Positions 38,998 through 46,814 of a stretch of 64,000 nt of DNA are shown piece by piece. The notes beneath the pieces are model-generated. The model did no database searches and was not told the origin of the DNA. It saw only the letters and a list, made by a program, of their open reading frames with translations. Made by a program: the position numbers and the translations under genes. The stretch lies in assembly GCA_965223905.1 (NCBI GenBank), contig CBDCXV010000001.1, forward strand, positions 576,001 to 640,000. The letters are read 5' to 3'. This DNA comes from Candidatus Latescibacterota bacterium (GTDB taxonomy: Bacteria > Latescibacterota > UBA2968 > UBA8231). Position 1 is the stretch's first letter. Each line of letters begins with the position of its first letter.

Positions 38998-40248
38998 ATG
39001 AGATCATCGACCGGCCGCTGGGTAAGTGGCGGGGATTTTTTCGACCGCGAGTCCGAGTTGCGGGTACTGGAGACGCGGATCCGCGACGGCAACCACGTGC
39101 TGCTGACCGGACAGCGGCGCATGGGCAAGACCAGTATTGCCAGGGAACTGGGGTGCCGGCTCGAGACAGAAGGTTGGGTTTTCCTCTTCGCCGATGTCGA
39201 GGGAGCGACCTGCGCGGAGGACGCGATCGCGGATATCGCACGGGCCGTGCATCCGGTTCGCCCGATCATGTCGCGGGTTGCGCGCGCGGGTACCGCGATG
39301 AAACGTTTGTTCGGCAGTGTCGAGGAAATCGGCGCCCACGAGTTTCGGGTGAAGTTCCGTGCCGATCTGAATGCCGGAAACTGGCGACACCAAGGGGAGC
39401 AATTGCTCCGTGCATGCGCCGGGCAGGACAAGCCGGTGCTCCTCGTCATCGACGAGCTGCCGATATTCCTCAAGCGTGTGCTTCGCGGTGAAGATGGCGT
39501 CCACCGGGTCGACGAGTTCCTGAGCTGGTTGCGCGGTGTTCTTCAGGCTCTCGGAGGCGGCTCCCCGGTCCTCATCGTTTCCGGCAGCATCGGGCTCGCA
39601 CCTCTCGTAAAGCGGCTGGGCATACCCGACCGCATCAATCATCTCGAACCATTCCGTTTGGGGCCGTGGGACCGCGACACCAGTATCGAGTGTTTCCAAC
39701 GTCTTGCGGAGAGCTGCGGACTGCGGGTCGAGGACGGCGTGGCAAACGCGGTGTACGACGCGCTGGGCGTCGGCATTCCCCACCATGTGCAGTCCTTCTT
39801 CGCACGGTTGCGGGACCACGCTACAATGCAGGACCGGGATCAAGTGGTGGTACAAGATGTCGGGGAGGTCTATCGCACGGAGCTTCTCGGCCCTTCGGGC
39901 CAGAATGATCTCGTCCACTACGAGACGCGGCTCAAGGAGGCCCTGGAAGATGAGAGCCACACCATCGCCATGGAGATCCTCGCCGAGGCAGCTACCCGGG
40001 ACGTATTCACATCGAGCGCTCGGCGTAGCCTCGAAAAGCTCTACTCCCCGGTGGTCGACGATGCGCCCGGCCGTATTGCGGACACCCTCGAGATCCTGAT
40101 GCACGACGGCTATCTCGAAGTTGGCGAGGATGGCCATCGCTTTCCGTCGCGCTTGCTCAAGGACTGGTGGTCGGCTCGCTTCCGCGACCACCACAGACCC
40201 CTCGAAGGCCGCCGCACCGGAGGCGAATCGCCGGGAGACATGCAATGA
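38998..40248 (+). CDS. P-loop ATPase, STAND/archaeal-ATPase-like (416 aa)
   Basis: DFFDRESEL, Walker A GQRRMGKTS, Walker B LLVIDE, SGSIGL, GIPHHVQ, winged-helix-like C-terminus. Confidence 0.85.
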   Translation: MRSSTGRWVSGGDFFDRESELRVLETRIRDGNHVLLTGQRRMGKTSIARELGCRLETEGWVFLFADVEGATCAEDAIADIARAVHPVRPIMSRVARAGTAMKRLFGSVEEIGAHEFRVKFRADLNAGNWRHQGEQLLRACAGQDKPVLLVIDELPIFLKRVLRGEDGVHRVDEFLSWLRGVLQALGGGSPVLIVSGSIGLAPLVKRLGIPDRINHLEPFRLGPWDRDTSIECFQRLAESCGLRVEDGVANAVYDALGVGIPHHVQSFFARLRDHATMQDRDQVVVQDVGEVYRTELLGPSGQNDLVHYETRLKEALEDESHTIAMEILAEAATRDVFTSSARRSLEKLYSPVVDDAPGRIADTLEILMHDGYLEVGEDGHRFPSRLLKDWWSARFRDHHRPLEGRRTGGESPGDMQ

Positions 40249-42854
40249 CCATGCGCGATCGGCGGATTCGAAAGTTCAATCCGGGGACGTTCCAATCCGA
40301 CGAGGAGGTGAAAGAGCAGTTCGTGGTCAGGGAACGCGAACTCGACACTGTGCTCGAGGTCCTCGGGGGGAACATCGATTCACCATCGTGCCAGCACGTT
40401 CTGGTCGTCGCCCCTCGCGGGCGGGGAAAGACCATGCTGCTGGCTCGGGTTGCGGCGCAGGTGAATACCGACGACCACCTCTCCGAGAGTCTTTTGCCGG
40501 TCCGGTTCATGGAGGAGAGCCACGAGATATTCAATCTCGCCGATTTCTGGCTGGACACCTTGCTCTACCTTGCGCGTGAGAGCGCCAGGCACGATCTCGT
40601 GCTCGCTGAGGAGTTGCGACAAACGCACGACGACCTGGCCAATCGCTGGCACGAGGAAGCACTCGCGGACCGCGTCCATGCCGCCGTCATGGAGGCGGCG
40701 GACCGGCTGGGAAAGAAACTCGTCCTCATGGTTGAGAACCTGCAGGCGCTGTGCGGAAACGTGGACAAAGATTTCGGTTGGAAGCTGCGCGCGGTGCTGC
40801 AATCGGAACCCCAGATCATGCTGGTCGCCACCGCCACGAGCCGTTTCGAAGGTCTGGACGACGCGGAGCAGCCGTTCTTCGAGCTGTTCCGCATCGTTGC
40901 GCTGGAACCGCTGGCCACGGAAGAATGCCGTCGTCTGTGGCAGGTCGTCAGCGGCGACGAGGTGACCGTGCGCGAAATCCGGCCGCTCGAGATCCTGACC
41001 GGTGGCAGCCCCCGCCTCCTGGTCATCGTCGCCGGGTTCGCGCAGCACCGCTCCTTGCGCCAGTTGATGGAAGAACTGGTGGAGTTGATTGACGAGCACA
41101 CCGAGTACTTCCGTGGTCACCTCGAGGTACTGGCCAAAGGGGAACGCCGCGTGTATATCGCGGTGATCGACCTCTGGCGACCGTCGAGCACGGGAGAGAT
41201 CGCGGCGCGGGCGCGCATGGACGTCCGAACCGTATCGACCCTGCTCGGGCGGCTCGTCATACGGGGTGCGGTCATCGCTGAGGGGAGCGGAAAGAAGCGC
41301 TTGTACTCAGCAGCCGAACGCCTCTACAGCATCTACTACAAGCTGCGGCGCGAGCGCGACGAGGCGGCCGTCGTTGCAAACCTGATCCACTTCATGGTGG
41401 CGTTCTACGGGATCGGCGAATTGCACCAGATGTCCCGCAAGCTGACTTCGGAGGCGGCGGATTCTAAGGTCATTCGGGAAGGGATCGAGCGGGCCCTCGC
41501 CATGAAGTCCGGCATGGAGGACATGTCTTCACACATGGCGTGGTCGGCCATCGATAGGATATCAGACAATGCGGCGGCAAACGCCCGGGCAATTGCGGAA
41601 CTACATCTCCAAGAAGAAATCAATGCGGCGATCGAGGAGGAAACGTTCAGTAGAGTCATCGAAATAGCTGACCGGTTTTTTGCCTCTGGAGACGTAGATT
41701 CATCTCCAATGCCAGATCATCTCATCTCCTACATATTGCATATGAAGGCCGTTGCTTATGAGCGCTTGGAAGATTTCCAAGCGGTCATAGCGCTCTGCAA
41801 GGAGATGGTGGAGCGCATCGGGGACACCCGCGACATATCGCTCTTGGCGCGGATGGCCACGGTATTGGTCCACGAGGCAAGAGCGCGATGTGAACTTGGC
41901 GATTTCCAAGCGGGGATTGCGACTAGCGACGAGGTGGTCGAGCGCTTTGGCTACTATGATAGGCCGCCGTTCAGGCAGTTGGTCGCCTTCGCTTTGCTAA
42001 ACAAGGGGTCTGCCTGGGGAAAGCTCGGCAATTTCGAGGCAGAGACCGCGACCTACGACCAGGTAGTCGAGCGCTTTGGCGACAACGGACAGCTGGGGAT
42101 CCGGGAGTGGGTCGCAACGGCATTGATCGACAAGGGAATTGCTCGAAGACATCTTCATGATTCTGGTGGGGAAATTGCGGCCTATAACGAAGTGATCAAA
42201 CGCTTCGGGGATTGCGATGCACCCAAAATCCAGAAGCGGGTTGTTTTGGCGTTACTCAACAGGGGATTTTTGCAGGGGCATCTTGGCGATTTTGGTGGGG
42301 AAATTGCAACCTACGAGGCAGTGGAACGCTTTGGCGAGAGAGATGGGCTAGAGATACAGACGGAGGTAGCCGTCGCCTTGAGCTGCAAGGGTATGCGACA
42401 GGCCGAGACTGGTCGTGCAGTAGAGGCATTGCAAGCCTCCGAAAAACTCGAACGAAGACTCGGAACCTTTCCTGCAGGAGACGGGAAAACTTGGCTAGAA
42501 TGGCGTGTATTGTGTGTGCGGGCGCTGGCACGGATGGTCCAAAAAAAACATCGTCCCGCCATGGACGCGTTCCGCGCCGCGTACGCAGCGTTCCGAACCA
42601 ACAACGAACAAATCATGCACGAGATGCAAAGGATTGTGCCTGACCTAATCGCAAACGGTGCCTCGGCGCATGACCTTGTCGAGATCCTGTCGAGCGACAG
42701 GAACAAATCCGGCGCATTGGTTCCCCTGGTCGTTGCCCTGCGGCAGCATAACGGTGAAGCGGTTCGCGCGCCAGCGGAAGTGCTGGAGGTCGCCGCGGAT
42801 ATCCGCAAGCGCATCGGGGTAAAAGCGGCTAAAGCTGTTTCCGTGGCACACTGA
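40245..42854 (+). CDS. STAND-like ATPase - winged helix - TPR protein (869 aa)
   Basis: ATGA overlap with the upstream gene; FVVREREL, APRGRGKT, variant Walker B LMVEN, TGGSPR, MarR-like HTH, repeated A.AL.NKG..YD.VVERFG TPRs. Confidence 0.85.
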   Translation: MTMRDRRIRKFNPGTFQSDEEVKEQFVVRERELDTVLEVLGGNIDSPSCQHVLVVAPRGRGKTMLLARVAAQVNTDDHLSESLLPVRFMEESHEIFNLADFWLDTLLYLARESARHDLVLAEELRQTHDDLANRWHEEALADRVHAAVMEAADRLGKKLVLMVENLQALCGNVDKDFGWKLRAVLQSEPQIMLVATATSRFEGLDDAEQPFFELFRIVALEPLATEECRRLWQVVSGDEVTVREIRPLEILTGGSPRLLVIVAGFAQHRSLRQLMEELVELIDEHTEYFRGHLEVLAKGERRVYIAVIDLWRPSSTGEIAARARMDVRTVSTLLGRLVIRGAVIAEGSGKKRLYSAAERLYSIYYKLRRERDEAAVVANLIHFMVAFYGIGELHQMSRKLTSEAADSKVIREGIERALAMKSGMEDMSSHMAWSAIDRISDNAAANARAIAELHLQEEINAAIEEETFSRVIEIADRFFASGDVDSSPMPDHLISYILHMKAVAYERLEDFQAVIALCKEMVERIGDTRDISLLARMATVLVHEARARCELGDFQAGIATSDEVVERFGYYDRPPFRQLVAFALLNKGSAWGKLGNFEAETATYDQVVERFGDNGQLGIREWVATALIDKGIARRHLHDSGGEIAAYNEVIKRFGDCDAPKIQKRVVLALLNRGFLQGHLGDFGGEIATYEAVERFGERDGLEIQTEVAVALSCKGMRQAETGRAVEALQASEKLERRLGTFPAGDGKTWLEWRVLCVRALARMVQKKHRPAMDAFRAAYAAFRTNNEQIMHEMQRIVPDLIANGASAHDLVEILSSDRNKSGALVPLVVALRQHNGEAVRAPAEVLEVAADIRKRIGVKAAKAVSVAH

Positions 42855-42949
42855 CCTGCGATTTCACAGTGGTCGTGACTGGCCGGTGTCCCGTCGCCTA
42901 GTTCGATCTGCTGTCCCTCCCGGGGGACGAGCACTCCTTTCGTGACAAC

Positions 42950-44764
42950 TCAATCCAGTCGCCTGAAACCCCCGTACCCGAACCGGTCCTCCTCTCCCTC
43001 GACGCCCCCCTCCGGGAAGTACTCGTCCCAGCGGGAGGTCACCCGCCGCGTGATCTCCTCGTCGGCCACCAGCTCGTCCGGGAAACCGGGCTTAAGGCGG
43101 CAGTCGAAGACCACGGGAGCCGTGAAGCAGGGGTGGTGCCGGTGCAGGCGGACCTGCGCGGCGCAGATGTCGGCGGCCGGCTCGAAGCGGGTGAACGCCG
43201 TCCACAGGAAGCGGACGTTGCTTTCGACGATCCCGGCGTCGTCGGCGAGGAATATCAGCGGCCATTCCGAAACCGCAGGATCGGCTGCCAGCCTTTGCCC
43301 GTAGTCCGGGTCGGCGGCGTACCCGGGACCGGCGACCACCAGGCATCCGGCGCAGTAGGGCCGGGCGTCGGCGGCCCCGGCCGGCAGCGGTCCGGCGAAC
43401 TCCGCCGGCAGGGTGCGATGCGGCTCTCCGACGCCCAGCAGGATCCCCTTGCTGCCTTCGTTCACGGCCGGGCCCGAGTAGTCGAGGGTGTCCATGGCGA
43501 GGTTGGCGATTACGAACAGATCGGTCTCGAAGCGGGCGCGCGCCAGCACGTGCTCCAGCACCTGGCGGAAGTCCCCCAACTCGACCCCGGCGCCGTCGAG
43601 CACGACCAGGAACTTGGTCAGCGCCAGCTGCCCCCCGTCCTCGCCGAAGATGCGGAAGGCGAACTTCATGGCCTCGCGGGGATAGCGCTCCTCGACGAAG
43701 ATGCTCGACAGGCAGTGGTACCCGGTCTCCCCGTAGCTCCAGATCCCCTTGATCGCCGGCATGACCAGGCTGGTCAGCGGCTCCATCAGCCTCTGGATGT
43801 AGTTGCCGAGGTAGAGGTCCTCCTGCGGCGGCTTGCCGACGACGGTGGCGGGGAAGACGGCGCCGCGCCGGTGGTAGACGTTCCTGACCTCGAGGACAGG
43901 GTAGTCGTGGCGCAGCGAGTAATACCCGTAGTGGTCGCCGAACGGCCCCTCGGGCAGGCGCCGGTGCGGCGGCACGGTGCCGGTGATGGCGAACTCCGCC
44001 TCGGCGAGCAGGGGCAGCGGACCTTTGGGGTCGCGCACCCGCTGGAGCTTGCTCCCCTGCAGAAGGGAGGCGAGCACCAGCTCCGGCATCCCCTCGGGCA
44101 GCGGCGCGATGGCGGCCAGGATCAGGGCCGGCGGCCCGCCGACGAAGATCGCCAGCGGCAGGGCCTCGCCGCGCTGCTCGGCGACGTGGTAGTGGAACCC
44201 GCCCCCCTTCTGGATCTGCCAGTGCACGCCGAGGGTGTGAGGATCGTGCCGCTGGATGCGGTATATGCCGAGGTTGTGCTGGCCGCTGTCCGGGTGCTCG
44301 GTGTAGACGAGCGGCAGGGTGATGAAGTGGCCGCCGTCCTCGGGCCAGGTCTTGATCAGCGGCAGGCGCCGCAGGTCGGGGGCGGCCTGGCGGCACTCGA
44401 GAACCGGACCGCTGCGTACGGTGCGCAGCCCCAGGCGCATCCCTTCCCGCGCCAGCCCGCGGTGGCCCCAGAGCCTGCGCGGCGACAGCGAGGCGAGCTG
44501 GTGGGCCACCTCGACCAGCTCTTTCAGAAAGCGCTCCGGCCGCGGCCCGAACGCCAGGTCGACCCGGCGGGACGTGCCGAAAAGGTTGGTGACCGCGGGG
44601 AAGTCCGCCCCTTCGACGCGCTCGAACAGCAGCGCCGGTCCGCCCGCGGCGATGACGCGGCGGTGGATCTCGGCCAGCTCGAGATCGGAGTCGACCGGGG
44701 CTTTGACCCGCGCCAGCTCCCCCTCTTTTTCAAGCAGTTGGAGGAAGGATCGAAGATTGTTCAC
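42950..44764 (-). CDS. UbiD-family prenyl-FMN decarboxylase (menaquinone-pathway type)
   Basis: GGPALLFE, NLFGT, WPEDGG.FITLP, EGPFGDHYGYYS, VGKPPQED; GTG start VNNLRSF. Confidence 0.9.
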   Translation of the reverse strand: MNNLRSFLQLLEKEGELARVKAPVDSDLELAEIHRRVIAAGGPALLFERVEGADFPAVTNLFGTSRRVDLAFGPRPERFLKELVEVAHQLASLSPRRLWGHRGLAREGMRLGLRTVRSGPVLECRQAAPDLRRLPLIKTWPEDGGHFITLPLVYTEHPDSGQHNLGIYRIQRHDPHTLGVHWQIQKGGGFHYHVAEQRGEALPLAIFVGGPPALILAAIAPLPEGMPELVLASLLQGSKLQRVRDPKGPLPLLAEAEFAITGTVPPHRRLPEGPFGDHYGYYSLRHDYPVLEVRNVYHRRGAVFPATVVGKPPQEDLYLGNYIQRLMEPLTSLVMPAIKGIWSYGETGYHCLSSIFVEERYPREAMKFAFRIFGEDGGQLALTKFLVVLDGAGVELGDFRQVLEHVLARARFETDLFVIANLAMDTLDYSGPAVNEGSKGILLGVGEPHRTLPAEFAGPLPAGAADARPYCAGCLVVAGPGYAADPDYGQRLAADPAVSEWPLIFLADDAGIVESNVRFLWTAFTRFEPAADICAAQVRLHRHHPCFTAPVVFDCRLKPGFPDELVADEEITRRVTSRWDEYFPEGGVEGEEDRFGYGGFRRLD

Positions 44765-45076
44765 GAGCGGCGTCCTTTCGGTGCAACAGTAGGCAAATCC
44801 TCCCTGGCAGCAACGGCTGGCGGGCGCTTCGGGAGTGATTGGCCCGGAACCGGGGCGGATAGAATTCAGTATCGCTGAAGGACTATCGCAGTCTTTTCTG
44901 TGCCCCCGGGGAGAATCCGGGAACGGGCCCGCCTGGAGCTGCCACCGAGGGGACATGGAGTGGTGGCATCGTGTGATATACATCTTTCGCCCCGCAACTC
45001 GACACGATGAGAGAAGAATAGTGCAAGCTGCAAGAGGTTTGCCTGGCCGCAGAAAAACATGCAAGGAGGTTTCTGG

Positions 45077-45142
45077 ATGACAGTGGGGATACCGTGGTCG
45101 AACAGGGTGGGAACCGGTGCGGAAACCCGTTTCGCGCCTTGA
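45077..45142 (+). CDS. Putative 21-aa leader peptide MTVGIPWSNRVGTGAETRFAP
   Basis: Perfect SD AAGGAGGT at 45063-45070, ATG 45077, Pro-TGA-TGA end, followed by a C-rich G-poor tract before the operon. Confidence 0.45.
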   Translation: MTVGIPWSNRVGTGAETRFAP

Positions 45143-45295
45143 TGAGTCCCCGCCGGTATCCTACCATCGATAGTTCCCGACCGCCCTGATCCGGGGCCTT
45201 CGACTCCCTCACTTCCGCTCACCATTGAACTCCGGCAGCATGTCTCCCTTCCGCACCGCTGCGTTCACCCTGCCCGCTTCGCGGCTCCTGCAGGA

Positions 45296-46534
45296 ATGTC
45301 CCTCAAGCTGATCCGGCAGGCCCTGAACCGGGGCCGGCCGGCGGGGCGCATGTGGCGGTCCCGCGACCTCGAGCGCCGCTACGACGTCGTCATCATCGGC
45401 GGCGGCGCCCACGGTCTGGCCTGCGCCTACTACCTGGCGAAGGAGCACGGGATCACCGACGTCGCGGTGCTGGAGAAGAGCTACATCGGCTCCGGGGGCA
45501 GCGGCCGCAACACCGCCATCATCCGCTCGAACTACCTGACCTCGGAAGGGGTGCGCTTCTACGACCGAAGTGTGAAGCTGTACGAGAAGCTGTCGGTCGA
45601 GCTCGATTTCAACGTGATGTTCTCGCAGCGCGGCCACCTCACCCTCGCCCACAACGACGGCTCGGTGCGGACGATGCGGCGGCGTGCCGAGGTCAACCGC
45701 CTCGAAGGGGTCGACTCCCGTCTCGTCTGGCCGGACGAGCTCGCCAGGCTCTGTCCTCAACTCGACCTGAGCAGCCACCCGCGCTTCCCGATTGTCGCCG
45801 CCCTCTACCACCCGCCGGGGGGCATCATCCGCCACGACGCCGTGGTCTGGGGGTTCGCCCACCACGCCGACAGGCGCGGCGTGCACATCCACCAGCAGAC
45901 CGAGGCGACCGGCATCGAGGTGCGCGGCGGAGCCGTCGCCGGAGTGCACACCAACCGCGGTTTCATCGAGGCGGAAACGGTGCTCAACGCGACCGCGGGC
46001 TGGGGCTCCAACATCGCCCGCATGGTCGGGCTCGAGCTGCCGATGGAGACCTTCCCCCTGCAGGCCTGCGTGACCGAGCCGCTGAAGCCGTTTCTCGACG
46101 TAGTCGTCGTCTCCGGCAGCCTGCACGTGTACGTCAGCCAGTCCGACCGCGGCGAGCTGGTGATGGGAGCCAGCATCGACCCGTTCACCTCCTACTCCGT
46201 CGACTCCTCCCTCGATTTCCTCGAGGGGATCGCCGGCCACGTGCTGGAGCTGTTCCCGTTCCTCGGCGACGTCAAGATCCTGCGCCAGTGGGCGGGGCTG
46301 TGCGAGATGCCGCCCGATTTCAGCCCCCTGATGGGGATCACCCCGGTCGGCGGCTTCCTCCTCGACGTCGGCTGGGGGACCTACGGTTTCAAGGCTTCCC
46401 CGATCTGCGGCAGGACCCTGGCCGAGCTGATCGCGACGAAGCGCACCCCCGAGCTGATCGCCCCGTTCCGGCTGTCCCGCTTCGCCGAGTTCGACCAGGT
46501 CGGCGAGAAAGGGGCGGCCGCGGTCGGCCATTGA
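45296..46534 (+). CDS. soxB: N-methylglutamate dehydrogenase subunit A / sarcosine oxidase beta subunit
   Basis: GGGAHG, GRNTAIIRSNY, RHDAVVWG, GWGTYGFKA; first gene of a B-D-A-G cluster. Confidence 0.88.
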   Translation: MSLKLIRQALNRGRPAGRMWRSRDLERRYDVVIIGGGAHGLACAYYLAKEHGITDVAVLEKSYIGSGGSGRNTAIIRSNYLTSEGVRFYDRSVKLYEKLSVELDFNVMFSQRGHLTLAHNDGSVRTMRRRAEVNRLEGVDSRLVWPDELARLCPQLDLSSHPRFPIVAALYHPPGGIIRHDAVVWGFAHHADRRGVHIHQQTEATGIEVRGGAVAGVHTNRGFIEAETVLNATAGWGSNIARMVGLELPMETFPLQACVTEPLKPFLDVVVVSGSLHVYVSQSDRGELVMGASIDPFTSYSVDSSLDFLEGIAGHVLELFPFLGDVKILRQWAGLCEMPPDFSPLMGITPVGGFLLDVGWGTYGFKASPICGRTLAELIATKRTPELIAPFRLSRFAEFDQVGEKGAAAVGH

Positions 46535-46538
46535 CGCG

Positions 46539-46814
46539 ATGCTGCTGATCCCCTGTCCCAACTGCGGCGAGCGCAACGCCAGCGAGTTCCGCTACGGCGG
46601 CGAGAGCCGCCAGCGCCCCTCCCGGCCCGAGGAGACCCCGGAGGACGAGTGGATCCGCTATCTCTACCTGCGCGCCAACCCGATGGGCCCGCAGACCGAG
46701 TGGTGGCTGCACGCCTCCGGGTGCGGCCTGTGGTTCCTCCTCGAGCGCAACCGCGAGAGCAACGAGGTGATCCGCGCCTGGGAATGGCAGCCTTCGGAGG
46801 GTGAGGATGGCTGA
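46539..46814 (+). CDS. soxD: Sarcosine oxidase delta / MgdB subunit
   Basis: IPCPNCGER..EF.YGG, YLYLRANP, EWW.H..GC..W zinc ligands. Confidence 0.9.
   Translation: MLLIPCPNCGERNASEFRYGGESRQRPSRPEETPEDEWIRYLYLRANPMGPQTEWWLHASGCGLWFLLERNRESNEVIRAWEWQPSEGEDG

Noticed and set aside
42868-42949. ZTP (pfl) riboswitch suggested by GTCGTGACTGGC
   Set aside because: The rest of the motif is missing and it lies between convergent gene ends; the minus strand may instead hold a tiny gene-end remnant (VLVPREGQQIELG), too short to support.
45100-45150. Cobalamin riboswitch or hammerhead suggested by GGGAACCGGTG and TGATGAG
   Set aside because: No B12 box or complete hammerhead core found; the small-ORF reading explains the region better.
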